From the NCBI GenBank assembly GCA_949287245.1, contig CASEFL010000002.1, forward strand, positions 80,975 to 144,974: DNA of 64,000 nt, read 5' to 3'. Positions 20,464 to 34,841 of the stretch are shown piece after piece. The translations under genes and the position numbers were made by a program. Under the pieces are notes generated by a model, which had not been told where the DNA came from, did not search any database, and worked only from the letters and a program-made list of their open reading frames with translations. This DNA is from an uncultured Bacillota bacterium. Lineage in GTDB: Bacteria; Bacillota_I; Bacilli_A; RFN20; CAG-826. The first letter of the stretch is position 1; each line of letters opens with the position of its first letter.

Positions 20464-20952
20464 AAGATTTCGTGAATCTTATTTAAATTAATATCTTCAA
20501 AGGAAGAATTCTTGTTTGGTGAAAAGAAAACCGAAGAAAAAGTTAGATAAATTTCTTTAGCCATTCTAAGGGCTTTTTGTTTTTCCCATATGGGCGGAGG
20601 TTTTAAATTTACATCCTTGTTTATCAAAGGCGTTGATTTTAAGTGCGAGCAACGCTTCTAGAAAAAATTTGTCGTAAATTTGATAATCGAAGTAGAAACC
20701 TCTTATTCCATTTATACAAAACTCTTTTCTATCAAAGAAGAAGAAAATCATCTTAGGCGTGATTTTTAAAATCAAAAATAAGGTGCGTTATTAAGTACGA
20801 TTTCTAAAATAAAAATGAACTTTTGCGGAGAATTTAGTGTTTTTAAACTTTTCTCTCTTTCTTTTTGGAAAAGAAATGATTCATTTTATTTTGACTTTAA
20901 TGCACTTCTTATACGGGATACAAATTTAATATTTTCTCTTTAAAATAATGTC

Positions 20953-21831
20953 ATGTCTATTTTCGTTTCTTTGTTTCGTTATTTTATTGGGAAAAGTGAT
21001 AAGAAAAGGAATGATGCCGCTCCGAAAATCGAAGGGGTTAAACGCGTTATATTTCCAGATTTTAATCATGACAAAAATTGTTCTCTTGCTTTATATCTAC
21101 CTTTAAAGAGAATTGCCTCCTCCTTGCCTATTCTAGTAATAGTTCATGGGGGAGCATGGATTTATGGGAATATTGAAACCTATGATCCTTACGCTCGATA
21201 TTTAAGTTCAAAAGGTTTTGCGGTTGTTTCTTTTGACTATCCTTTAGCTCCAGAATATAAATTTCCTCTTCCTATATCTTTTATGGATAAAGCCATCCTC
21301 TTTTTAAAAGAACACCAAAAAGAGTATGACTTTGATCTTGAGAACATTTTTCTTGTTGGGGATAGTGCAGGTGCCAGCATGGCTCTTCAATACGCACTAG
21401 CTAGCCGTAACCATGCATATGGTATTTATTTCTCTTGTGCATATCCTCTAAGTATCAAAGGTCTTTTGCTTAATTGCGGAACCTATATTGGCTATGCAGA
21501 TAAAAAAGAAGATTTCTTAACGCGCTTTATTGCTAAACAGTGTTTACCACCTCGTTTTGATAAAAACGATCCACGTTATAATCCTTTACATTTTTTGGAA
21601 AAGAAATATTGTCCAAGGATTTTTCTTATGACTTCGGATGGTGATTTTTTAAGAGAGGAAACTATATACCTACATAATCTTCTTTCTAGTTTAAAAATCA
21701 CGCATGAACATCGAGATTATCAAGGTTCTAAGAGAAAATTGCCTCACGTTTTTCATTGTGATTTCCGCTTAAAAGAAGCTTATTTAGCAAATGATGAAGA
21801 ATGTGAATGGGTAAGAAAAAATTTAAAATAA
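20953..21831 (+). CDS. Alpha/beta-hydrolase fold esterase/lipase (HSL-like).
   Basis: Oxyanion-hole motif HGGAW and nucleophile-elbow motif GDSAGAS. Confidence 0.65.
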   Translation: MSIFVSLFRYFIGKSDKKRNDAAPKIEGVKRVIFPDFNHDKNCSLALYLPLKRIASSLPILVIVHGGAWIYGNIETYDPYARYLSSKGFAVVSFDYPLAPEYKFPLPISFMDKAILFLKEHQKEYDFDLENIFLVGDSAGASMALQYALASRNHAYGIYFSCAYPLSIKGLLLNCGTYIGYADKKEDFLTRFIAKQCLPPRFDKNDPRYNPLHFLEKKYCPRIFLMTSDGDFLREETIYLHNLLSSLKITHEHRDYQGSKRKLPHVFHCDFRLKEAYLANDEECEWVRKNLK

Positions 21832-21862
21832 CCATGCAAAAATCAGATAAAAATTGTAATTT

Positions 21863-22489
21863 TTATTTTTGTGAATTTCTATTTGCGCGTAATTTTGACG
21901 CCAAAAGAACAGCAATCGTAGCAGGGATTCCAACTAAAAGAACGAACCAAAGATTAAATCCAGAATCAGGAATATCAATGGCAAGTTCTGCATAAACGGC
22001 GAATAAAAGGCTCCAAATAAAAACTAAAATGAGAGTTACTCCCCATTCTTTCTTCCCCCATTTTCGGTTAAATAAAGACAAAACAATGCAGGATACGGGA
22101 AATGCCCAAACAAAGGCTAACCAACCATGCCAAAATACGTTATCCATCACGTAGGTAGAAACACAAATAACTGTCGCAATGGAATAAACAAGAAGAACTG
22201 CAAGAACAACTAAAATAATCTTATTTCTTTTAATATCTTCCGGGGACAAATGTCCTTTTTCGTATAAGGAACTGTCGCTTTGATCATGAGTCAAATAATC
22301 AAGAGTAACTCCATAAAAATCTGCAAAAGATTGCAATGTTTTTAAGTCAGGAAGCGCCTCTCCATGTTCCCATTTTGAAACGGACTTATCGGTGTAATTA
22401 AAACGTTCAGCGACTTCAAGCTGCGTTAAGCCACGTGCTTTTCGCAGTTCAGCTAAATTTCTTGCAACAATCTCTTCGAGCGTTTTCAT
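21863..22489 (-). CDS. XRE-family HTH transcriptional regulator with a C-terminal polytopic membrane domain.
   Basis: N-terminal LTQLEVAERFNYTDKSVSKWEHGEALPDLKTLQSFADFYGVTLDYL is an XRE HTH. The C-terminal roughly 120 aa form 3-4 TM helices. Confidence 0.7.
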   Translation of the reverse strand: MKTLEEIVARNLAELRKARGLTQLEVAERFNYTDKSVSKWEHGEALPDLKTLQSFADFYGVTLDYLTHDQSDSSLYEKGHLSPEDIKRNKIILVVLAVLLVYSIATVICVSTYVMDNVFWHGWLAFVWAFPVSCIVLSLFNRKWGKKEWGVTLILVFIWSLLFAVYAELAIDIPDSGFNLWFVLLVGIPATIAVLLASKLRANRNSQK

Positions 22490-22555
22490 TCTCTCATTAT
22501 AGTAAGGATTTTATTTTGTATAGGAAAAATTTCGATAGCTTATCCTCTCAGGTAA

Positions 22556-22578
22556 GAAAAAGGAGGGCATTGCCCTCC
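22556..22578 (-). terminator. Rho-independent terminator on the minus strand between the small ORF and the XRE gene.
   Basis: GGAGGG-caatg-CCCTCC perfect stem followed by TTTTT on the minus strand. Confidence 0.6.
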
Positions 22579-22602
22579 GTTTACTAATTTGTATCTATGT
22601 TG

Positions 22603-22734
22603 TTATTGAAGTTCAGGATTAGGAATGTAGTCTTCATCATCCGAAAAGATGGGTCCCATTCCCGCAATCTCTTCAAGCTTAAAGCTATAAAGAGTGCCAA
22701 CTTCTTGTTCATTGAGTTCAAGATCTTTCATCAT
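22603..22734 (-). CDS. Small ORF of 43 aa (MMKDLELNEQEVGTLYSFKLEEIAGMGPIFSDDEDYIPNPELQ). Candidate small acidic protein or peptide paired with the adjacent membrane XRE regulator.
   Basis: Strong SD GGGAGG 8 nt upstream of ATG. A terminator follows directly. The gene sits immediately upstream of the XRE gene on the same strand. It is below the 60-aa cutoff of the supplied ORF track. Confidence 0.4.
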   Translation of the reverse strand: MMKDLELNEQEVGTLYSFKLEEIAGMGPIFSDDEDYIPNPELQ

Positions 22735-23059
22735 GGTCTATTCCTCCCAATTTTTTATTTTTCTTGTGGCTCCTTTTCTTGGAGCACCTCTAATATAAAG
22801 TGCTGTATACACGTTTCAATAGAGTTTTTTATGAAAGGCTTTTCAGAAAGCGTTTTCTTATTTTTATATAGAAAAACATTCGATAAAAGGCTTGTTATAA
22901 ATTGTAGATTTTCATAAATATTTCTTCATTTCAAAATCAATTTTCATGAAGTTTCAAAATTTTTCAGTTTGGAGAGTTTTACCTACATTGGAAAATTAGT
23001 GACTTATTTCTTTTTTAGTGGTAGTTTACGCGGTGCGTGTTTATGCGAGGTTATTTGGA

Positions 23060-24409
23060 ATGAAAAAGATATCAAAATATCCCTTAATGTTGCTCTCTGC
23101 TGCATCTTTGCTTCTTGCCGGTTGTGATAATCCTATAACAAGTGAATCTAAGCCGAGTATCAATGTGAATGATGAGACCATTGTAACGGATATTCGTTCC
23201 GCGATTGATTCGTTAAAGGATGTTCATAACTACACTGCTTTATATCAACTTTCTGATCGTAATGGTGGGCTTGGTACTTTCTACCATAATTACTATAAGG
23301 ATAACTACGTTTATAGTGATCGTATTGACCAAGAATGGGGTTATGTCCAAAGCGAAGAGGGAGTTTATCCTGTGACTATGCGACAAGAAGGAGATGGCGA
23401 GGCTACTCTTGTTGGAGGAGAACTTCTTCCTTCTACAGAACTTTATACGGGAGATTTATTCACTACGATTGGTGATTTAGATTCCTCGTGGTTTGAAGAA
23501 GGAAAAAAAGAAGTTGTTATTGATAAAAAAGTTCCCTCTTTGGCAATTCTTGACTTGATGGGAATGAGTGCGACACAGATTCTTTCTTTAGAAGAAGCGA
23601 AAGTTTCTGTTGATGATACCTTATCTTCCTTAGAAGTATCGGTTACTTTTGCTTACCAAGTATGGACCATGACCATCTATGACATTGGTAATACAACATC
23701 TGCCACAATGGATTCCTTTTTAGAAAATGGAGGAACTGCTTTCCAAATTCCTTCCGATTTAGATTTAGCGCGTTTAGTTTTTAAAGAAAACAATTACTCT
23801 CGAGATGTTATTAACTACTCTACAGGGGTTAGCGATGGTATAGAATATTTCTTACCTACCTATTTCTATGGGGATTACACCTCTACTTCTCTAGCTTTCT
23901 CTCAAGGTTTATTAGCGTTAAATCATAAGCAATATAAAGGGAATGATATGTATGGTTCCTATCTCTTTTATATTCAAAATAATAGTTTAGTTCTTGTTGC
24001 TGCCGGTACTGGCGCAGATGGAAATCCTATCTATAAGCCATATAACAGTAATGCAGAAATTCATGTAAAAGGAAATTACAATTACCCTTGTAATTTAGAA
24101 CTTTGGAATCATATGGAAGAATTTGTGGAGTCTTCCTCTGGAGTTTATGATTTGTATAACGTTGATTTGATTAAGGATTTTGCTTCCAATAATCAAGTTG
24201 ATTTAGATGCAAGTTCTCTTGTCTCTGAACGGTTGACCATGAAAATTGAGAATGCAGAAAATCAAAACAACTTAAAGATTACGTTTACGATGTATTATGG
24301 CTCCGAAGGGAATTCTGAGGCGAATCAAGCTGTTTATCCTTTCTTTGATTTCGGTACAAGTGAGCTTCGTGTTGTTGAAGAATTCTTAGATAGTAATAAT
24401 CTTCGGTAA
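23060..24409 (+). CDS. Lipoprotein, about 450 aa.
   Basis: Signal peptide with lipobox LLLAGCDN, with the start moved to MKKISKYPL. It is followed by the terminator at 24424-24452. Confidence 0.6.
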   Translation: MKKISKYPLMLLSAASLLLAGCDNPITSESKPSINVNDETIVTDIRSAIDSLKDVHNYTALYQLSDRNGGLGTFYHNYYKDNYVYSDRIDQEWGYVQSEEGVYPVTMRQEGDGEATLVGGELLPSTELYTGDLFTTIGDLDSSWFEEGKKEVVIDKKVPSLAILDLMGMSATQILSLEEAKVSVDDTLSSLEVSVTFAYQVWTMTIYDIGNTTSATMDSFLENGGTAFQIPSDLDLARLVFKENNYSRDVINYSTGVSDGIEYFLPTYFYGDYTSTSLAFSQGLLALNHKQYKGNDMYGSYLFYIQNNSLVLVAAGTGADGNPIYKPYNSNAEIHVKGNYNYPCNLELWNHMEEFVESSSGVYDLYNVDLIKDFASNNQVDLDASSLVSERLTMKIENAENQNNLKITFTMYYGSEGNSEANQAVYPFFDFGTSELRVVEEFLDSNNLR

Positions 24410-24423
24410 GTAAAATATATTTA

Positions 24424-24452
24424 AACTCCTCTCGTTGAAGAGGAGTTTTTTC
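24424..24452 (+). terminator. Rho-independent terminator, possibly bidirectional.
   Basis: AACTCCTC-tcgttgaa-GAGGAGTT followed by TTTTTC. Confidence 0.6.
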
Positions 24453-24484
24453 TAACTTATAAAGTAAGTTTTAAACTTATGAGT

Positions 24485-25447
24485 TCAAGTTTTTTGGTGT
24501 TGATATCGCCATAAGAAGAACATTTTGAAAATGGCAAAAAGAAGAAAAGGAATACCAAGAAGGCATCCTCCGATATAGTCATTAGGACATAAAGGATAAA
24601 GAAGCGCGAAAATTATAATTCCGATAAAGAAGAAGAATCCATCAATGAGATAGTGAAATAATTTCATCATTTTTGCATAAAGGATATAAGAACAAATAAG
24701 AAGAAAAAAAGCACTACAGAGGAACACATAACATAAAGAAGGAAGAACATAGCAAAAGGCAAAATCTAACAAAGAAAAAAGAGCAATAAAGATTGGATAT
24801 CCCCATAAAAAAGCCTCTCTTTTTTCTGATTTTTCAATAATTCTTACCCGAATCCCTTCCGAAAAGAAAGAGGCAAGAAGCATGGAAGATAAGGAAAACA
24901 AATAAAGAATAAGAAGGGTTAATTCTCTTGCCGTTTGATTTTCATTTAAACCTAAAATCCATAAACCATCTTCCATCATGTTGCGACCAATTAAGGCCTC
25001 AATTAAGGGAACAGAAAGAAGAGTAAAGGCAAAATAGATATAGGATCCCAAAAGTATAGGGTATCCAATAGGACATTCTTTTTTTCTTAAATAGCCATAA
25101 AGTGTGCCTCCTAAAACTCCAGGGAAGGAGGTGAATAAAGCACTACTTAATTCATGAAAAGAAAATAGAAGGCAAAAGGAACAAGAGGCCAAAGCATAAA
25201 TAGGCAAAAACTTATTTGGCATTTTGTAGGCGGCAAGGGATGAGAAAAAGGGAATTAAAAATAGAGCTAAAAGCGATCCCCATACGAAATAAGAGGCTAA
25301 AGTAGCACTAATTGCGCATAAGCAAGATAGCATCGCGGATGTTGCTATCGCGTGTACTTCTTTTCTTTTTTCTCCCACAAGAAAATTATGCCCTAGAAAA
25401 TTGAAAAAGAAATACTTCTTCTTATGGAAGCAAAGGCTAGAACGCAC
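24485..25447 (-). CDS. Polytopic membrane protein of unknown function.
   Basis: Eight to nine hydrophobic helices. It is divergent from pcrA. The exact start is uncertain (several in-frame Met). Confidence 0.4.
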   Translation of the reverse strand: MRSSLCFHKKKYFFFNFLGHNFLVGEKRKEVHAIATSAMLSCLCAISATLASYFVWGSLLALFLIPFFSSLAAYKMPNKFLPIYALASCSFCLLFSFHELSSALFTSFPGVLGGTLYGYLRKKECPIGYPILLGSYIYFAFTLLSVPLIEALIGRNMMEDGLWILGLNENQTARELTLLILYLFSLSSMLLASFFSEGIRVRIIEKSEKREAFLWGYPIFIALFSLLDFAFCYVLPSLCYVFLCSAFFLLICSYILYAKMMKLFHYLIDGFFFFIGIIIFALLYPLCPNDYIGGCLLGIPFLLFAIFKMFFLWRYQHQKT

Positions 25448-25461
25448 TATCCTTTTAGGGC

Positions 25462-29744
<4,283 letters not shown>

Positions 29745-29897
29745 ATTTAAGAAATTATAAAAATAATGGCTTTTTACAAGTATTTTTAATTTTTTATTTT
29801 AAATTGTGCATTTTATTTATCTTAGGAATTCCCCTCTTTATTTATCGAATATCTTTTACAAAGATATTTCCTTATTTTTGTTATAAAATGAATATCG

Positions 29898-30194
29898 ATG
29901 AAAAAAGTAGATAAAACAATTTTAGAAGAAGCCGCAAATCGCCTTCTGTTTACAATGTCAGAAGAACAATATGATACGCTTCTTGATGAATTCTCCATCT
30001 TGTTAAAGCAAATGGAGACTTTAGGGGAAGTACAAGATTTAGATGCTTATGATCCCATGACTTTTCCTTTTTCGTGTGAGACCTCTTATTTAAGAGAAGA
30101 TGAACCGATGACTCCTTTATCACAAGAAGAGGCACTAAAAAATGCAGGAAATGTCCAAGACGGGCAAATTAAGTTACCAAAGGTGGTGCAGTAA
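29898..30194 (+). CDS. gatC: Glu-tRNA(Gln)/Asp-tRNA(Asn) amidotransferase subunit C.
   Basis: 98 aa, sits directly upstream of gatA and gatB, and has a typical GatC C-terminus. Confidence 0.8.
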   Translation: MKKVDKTILEEAANRLLFTMSEEQYDTLLDEFSILLKQMETLGEVQDLDAYDPMTFPFSCETSYLREDEPMTPLSQEEALKNAGNVQDGQIKLPKVVQ

Positions 30195-30196
30195 TC

Positions 30197-31666
30197 ATGA
30201 AGACATTAGGATGTTCAATAAGAGAATTACATCAAGCTTATTTAGAAGGAAAAACAACACCTTTTGATGTAACTAAAGAAGCAATTGCCGCTGTTAAAGA
30301 AGATCAAAATAATGCTTTAGAGGCAACTTGTTTTGAAGAAGCCTTAGAGTTTGCTGCATCTTTAAAAGAAGTCGAGGAAGATAATCTTTTATGGGGCATT
30401 CCCTATTTTGCTAAAGATAATTTTTCTACAAAGGGTTTAGAGTCGACTGCTTCTTCAAACATTTTGAATGGGTATATTCCTGTTTTTGATGCCGAAGTGA
30501 TTACTCGCTTAAAAGCTAAAAAAGCGATTTTACTAGGAAAAACCACTTTAGATGAATTAGCGATGGGTGGCACAGGGACAACTGGGCATAAAGGAAAAAC
30601 GTATAATCCTTATGACCCAAGCCATACGCGAATGGTTGGAGGTTCCTCTTGTGGAAGCGCAGCAGTAACTGCGGCAGGTTATGTTCCCTTTGCCTTAGGA
30701 TCTGATACCGGGGATTCCATTAGAAAACCCGCTTCCTATGCTGGCTTAGTTGGGTTAAAACCAACGTGGGGCAGAATTAGCCGTTATGGATTATTTCCTT
30801 TTGCCCCATCTTTAGACACTGTTGGTTATTTCACTCGTTCTGTTGATGATTCTGCGATATTGTTAGAAGTTCTTGCGGGGCGTGACCCAAAAGATTCTAC
30901 TTCTAGTGAACTACCAGTTGATTCTTATCACGATTATGCTTCCTATTCTTTAAAAGGGAAAAAAGTTGGGATTTTAAGTGATTTGAATTCCACGATTAAA
31001 GGAAGCAAAGAAGCTGAACTTTTTTCTTCATTTGTCAATAAATTACAAGAGAAGGGAATTGAAGTTTGTTCGTATTCTTTTGGAGAAGATTTATTGCGGG
31101 CGATTTATGCTGTTTATTTTGTGATTAGTTGTTCAGAAGCAACAAGTAATGATGCCAATTTAGATGGAATTAAATTCGGTCCTTATCATGAAGGAAAAAC
31201 ATATCAAGAAGTGATGAGCAAAGCACGAACACTTGGTTTTTCGGAATTAATTAAAAGGCGCTTTGTGATTGGTTCTTATTGTTTAATGAAAGAAAACCAA
31301 GAAGAACTGTTTTTAAGAGCGCAAAAAATTCGTCATAAAATTGTGAATCGCCTAAAGGAAATCTTAAAAGAAGTAGACTGGCTTTTAACGCCTAGTGCAC
31401 CCGGAATTGCTCCTAAATTTAAAGATTCTAGCGATCGTTTAAGCGATACTTATCTTATTGCAGATAATCATCTTGCTTTAGCGAATTTTTCCGGTCTTCC
31501 CTCTTTGAGCTTGCCTTTGGGATTTGAAGATGGGATGCCTTTAGGAATAAATTTTACGGGTCGTGCTTTTGAAGAACGTGCCTTATTTGCTATAGGGAAA
31601 TGTAGTGAAGAAATTACTCTTCTTGAAGGGCTTTCTCTTTTAAATAGAAAGGAGGGGTCAAAATGA
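30197..31666 (+). CDS. gatA: Amidotransferase subunit A (amidase).
   Basis: Amidase signature GGSSCGSAAAVTAAG and Ser-cisSer-Lys triad context. Length is 489 aa. Confidence 0.9.
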   Translation: MKTLGCSIRELHQAYLEGKTTPFDVTKEAIAAVKEDQNNALEATCFEEALEFAASLKEVEEDNLLWGIPYFAKDNFSTKGLESTASSNILNGYIPVFDAEVITRLKAKKAILLGKTTLDELAMGGTGTTGHKGKTYNPYDPSHTRMVGGSSCGSAAVTAAGYVPFALGSDTGDSIRKPASYAGLVGLKPTWGRISRYGLFPFAPSLDTVGYFTRSVDDSAILLEVLAGRDPKDSTSSELPVDSYHDYASYSLKGKKVGILSDLNSTIKGSKEAELFSSFVNKLQEKGIEVCSYSFGEDLLRAIYAVYFVISCSEATSNDANLDGIKFGPYHEGKTYQEVMSKARTLGFSELIKRRFVIGSYCLMKENQEELFLRAQKIRHKIVNRLKEILKEVDWLLTPSAPGIAPKFKDSSDRLSDTYLIADNHLALANFSGLPSLSLPLGFEDGMPLGINFTGRAFEERALFAIGKCSEEITLLEGLSLLNRKEGSK

Positions 31667-33087
31667 ATTTTGAGGCAATTATTGGATTAGAAATTCACGT
31701 AGAAATGAAAACGAGAAGCAAAATGTTTAGTGCTTCTCCTGTTACTTATGGAAAGGAAGCAAATACGGAGGTTACACCTTTTGATATGGCCTTCCCTGGA
31801 ACGATGCCTGTAGTGAATAAACAAGCTGTAATCAACGGGATTCGTGTCGCGAACGCTTTGCATATGGAGATTGATCGTCTTCTTCGTTTTGATCGAAAAA
31901 ATTACTTCTATAGTGATTTGCCGAAAGGTTATCAAATTACCCAACAGTTTTACCCTATTGGGAAAAATGGATATTTAACAATTCGTACAAAAAATGGAGA
32001 AAGAAAAATTGGCATTGAACGCATTCATTTAGAAGAAGATACCTGCAAACAATTGCATTTTCCTGACTGCACGCTTTTAGACTATAACCGTGCGGGTGTG
32101 CCTTTAATTGAAATTGTTTCTTTACCAGAAATCCGTAGTGGTGAAGAAGCGCGTCTTTATGTTGAAGCCATTCGTAATATTGTCCTTTATAGCGGAGTGT
32201 CGGATGGCAAGATGGAAGAAGGGTCATTACGGGTTGACGTGAATGTTTCCATCCGTCCTTATGGTCAAAGCGAATTTGGTACAAAAGTAGAGATTAAAAA
32301 CTTAAATTCCATCAAAAATATTGAGCTTGCTTTAGATTATGAAATTGAACGTCAGTCAAAACTTCTTCTTGAGGGAATTAAAGTACAACAAGAGACAAGA
32401 CGTTATGATGAGGGAAAGGGAGAAACCGTATTAATGAGATTAAAAACAGATGCGGTTGATTATAAATATTTCCCAGAACCGAATATTTCTCCTATTCAAG
32501 TAAATGAAGAATTTGTAGAAGAGGCAATATCTACTTGTCCCGAATTATATGAAAGCAAAAGAACACGTTATCTTTCCATGGGATTAATGGAGAAAGATGT
32601 AGAAGTTTTATTGCAAGATATGGATATGGCTTTGTATTTTGAAAAGGTCGTTATGCATAGCAAATATCCAAAGACGGTTGCGAATTTTATGATGGGAGAA
32701 GGGAATGCTTACTGTAATAAAAAAGAAATCTCTTGGAAGCAATTTCCATTAAATCCCGCTACTTTTGCAGAGATTTTACCTTATCAAGAAGAAAAAGGAT
32801 TCTCTCATAAACAGGTGGCTGATTTGTTCTTATGGTGTTTAGAGAATCAAGGAAGTGCTGTTGAAGGAGAAAAGGCTCTTCATTTAGTAGCGCAAGTTTC
32901 GGATGAATCCTTCTTAGTCGATATTGTTAAGGAAGTTCTCAAAAATAATCCTCAATCGATTATCGATTTTAAAAATGGAAAAGACCGTGCATTAGGATTC
33001 TTAGTAGGGCAAGGAATGAAATTATCCAAAGGAAAGGCAAATCCTGCCAAACTAAGTGCTTTAATTAAGGAAGAATTAATAAAATAA
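31663..33087 (+). CDS. gatB: Amidotransferase subunit B.
   Basis: N-terminal MNFEAIIGLEIHVEMKT and a C-terminal YqeY-like tail. Length is 474 aa. It overlaps gatA by 4 nt. Confidence 0.9.
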   Translation: MNFEAIIGLEIHVEMKTRSKMFSASPVTYGKEANTEVTPFDMAFPGTMPVVNKQAVINGIRVANALHMEIDRLLRFDRKNYFYSDLPKGYQITQQFYPIGKNGYLTIRTKNGERKIGIERIHLEEDTCKQLHFPDCTLLDYNRAGVPLIEIVSLPEIRSGEEARLYVEAIRNIVLYSGVSDGKMEEGSLRVDVNVSIRPYGQSEFGTKVEIKNLNSIKNIELALDYEIERQSKLLLEGIKVQQETRRYDEGKGETVLMRLKTDAVDYKYFPEPNISPIQVNEEFVEEAISTCPELYESKRTRYLSMGLMEKDVEVLLQDMDMALYFEKVVMHSKYPKTVANFMMGEGNAYCNKKEISWKQFPLNPATFAEILPYQEEKGFSHKQVADLFLWCLENQGSAVEGEKALHLVAQVSDESFLVDIVKEVLKNNPQSIIDFKNGKDRALGFLVGQGMKLSKGKANPAKLSALIKEELIK

Positions 33088-33090
33088 CTT

Positions 33091-33813
33091 ATGGCAGAAA
33101 AAGAAATGAAACAAGAAGAAAACAAAGTTCAAGGTTTGGCCTATTTAGAGCAATTTTTATCTTCTCTTGAAGGCTTTGAACTTCCTCCTTTCCGGGAACT
33201 TCCTCCGGTGAAGCTTTATATGGAGCAAGTATTAGAATATGTAAACCATGCTTTAGAACCTTTTTCTGAAGAAGATAAAGTATTAATCACCTCCTTTATG
33301 GTGAATAACTATGTAAAAGCAAGAATCTTAAAAGAACCGGAAGGAAAACGTTATGGGGTGGAGCAGGTAGGTTACCTTCTAGCAATTGCCATTTTAAAAC
33401 GTAGTTTATCCATGACAGAAGTTGGGCGTCTACTAGAAATGGATATTGGTATATCCGAAGAAAAACAGGATATTTATGAATTTTATCGTTCTTTATTAAA
33501 AGAAACTGTTCAAGAACGGGTGTCGAATTTATTGCTTCGTTGTAAAGACATTCGTTCTCGATTTGAAAAAGAAAAGGAGGAAGGGAAAGAAGAGGCCGAT
33601 AGCGATGCTGCCCATCAAGTTGCGCTTCTTGCCTTCCGTTTAGCAGTCCGTAGCGCAATTGATCAAAGTATTGCAAGAGCGATGATTGCCTCTTTAGGAC
33701 CATCTTCTTCTATGGATAAAACTTTCTTAGCCAAGGCTGGAAAAGAGGAAGCAAGAGAAGAGGAGAAATGTAGCGAACAAGAAGCAAAGCGTTTATCCGA
33801 AAGGAGAAAATAG
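33091..33813 (+). CDS. Hypothetical acidic/coiled-coil protein, 240 aa.
   Basis: Intact ORF tightly packed between gatB and galE. No family recognised from sequence. Confidence 0.4.
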   Translation: MAEKEMKQEENKVQGLAYLEQFLSSLEGFELPPFRELPPVKLYMEQVLEYVNHALEPFSEEDKVLITSFMVNNYVKARILKEPEGKRYGVEQVGYLLAIAILKRSLSMTEVGRLLEMDIGISEEKQDIYEFYRSLLKETVQERVSNLLLRCKDIRSRFEKEKEEGKEEADSDAAHQVALLAFRLAVRSAIDQSIARAMIASLGPSSSMDKTFLAKAGKEEAREEEKCSEQEAKRLSERRK

Positions 33814-33815
33814 TT

Positions 33816-34841
33816 ATGAAAGAGTGTCTTGTTGCAGGGGGTCTTGGATTTATTGGTTCAGAAACAGTCCTTTCCTTAATTGAGAATGGTTGGGATCCTG
33901 TCATTGTCGATGATTTATCCAATGCAAAAAAACGAGTACACCCCGTATTAGAAAAGTTAAGTGGAAAAAAGATTCCTTTCTATGAAGGAAATATTCTCGA
34001 CAAGACATTCTTAGAACACGTCTTTCAAAAGCATTCTTTTCAGGCGGTTTTCGATTTTGCCGCCTTTAAAGCTGTAGGAGAATCTGTTCATCAACCATTA
34101 AAATATTATGAGAATAATTTGATGGGGACACTTTCTCTTCTTTCTTTCATGGAAAAATATGGAGTTAAGACTTTTGTTTTTTCTTCTAGTGCGACTGTAT
34201 ACGGGGATTCTCCTAATTTACCTTATCAAGAAGATAGCCCAACTTTTGAAGCGACAAATCCTTATGGGGAGACAAAGGTAATGAACGAAAGAATTCTTCA
34301 TGATTTTTTAAAAGCTCATGAAGGGGAAGGGTATCAAATTATTTGTCTTCGTTATTTTAATCCGATTGGTGCCCATCCTAGCGGCTTACTCGGGGAAGAT
34401 CCCAAAGGCATGCCAAATAACTTATTTCCCATTATCAATCAAGTCGCGATTGGGCTTCGTCCTTCTTTAACGGTATACGGGAATGACTACCCTACAGAAG
34501 ATGGAACGTGTATTCGTGATTATCTTCATGTATGCGATCTAGCAGAAGGACATGTTGCTGCCCTTAATAAAGAGAATAAAGAAGGTTTTCATCTTTATAA
34601 TTTAGGCACGGGTAAAGGGAGTTCTGTTTTTGAAATTATTCACGCTTATGAAAAAGTCATGGGTAAGAAACTTCCTTATACGATTGGGGCAAGAAGGGAT
34701 GGGGATATTGCCATCTCTTATGCTGATCCTACAAAAGCAAAAAAAGAGCTTCATTGGGAAGCAAAAAGAAGTATTGAAGATGCGGCAAGAGATGCATATC
34801 GCTTTGCCTTATTTACTTTGAAAGGAGAAGAAGATGAGTAA
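33816..34841 (+). CDS. galE: UDP-glucose 4-epimerase.
   Basis: Rossmann motif GGLGFIGS and catalytic YGETK (YxxxK). Length is 341 aa. Confidence 0.85.
   Translation: MKECLVAGGLGFIGSETVLSLIENGWDPVIVDDLSNAKKRVHPVLEKLSGKKIPFYEGNILDKTFLEHVFQKHSFQAVFDFAAFKAVGESVHQPLKYYENNLMGTLSLLSFMEKYGVKTFVFSSSATVYGDSPNLPYQEDSPTFEATNPYGETKVMNERILHDFLKAHEGEGYQIICLRYFNPIGAHPSGLLGEDPKGMPNNLFPIINQVAIGLRPSLTVYGNDYPTEDGTCIRDYLHVCDLAEGHVAALNKENKEGFHLYNLGTGKGSSVFEIIHAYEKVMGKKLPYTIGARRDGDIAISYADPTKAKKELHWEAKRSIEDAARDAYRFALFTLKGEEDE

Noticed and set aside
20415-20775. Two 69-70-aa minus-strand ORFs in the clpB-esterase intergenic region.
   Set aside because: AT-rich intergenic DNA. The ORFs overlap the clpB terminator and have no RBS. 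They are more likely promoter or spacer sequence.
22597-22917. 106-aa plus-strand ORF from the track.
   Set aside because: Low-complexity, hydrophobic or aromatic junk translation with no RBS. The interval is better explained by the minus-strand 43-aa ORF with strong SD and terminator, plus a promoter region.
31687-32284. Antisense ORFs (85 and 109 aa) inside gatB.
   Set aside because: Inside a highly conserved gene on the opposite strand. Spurious.
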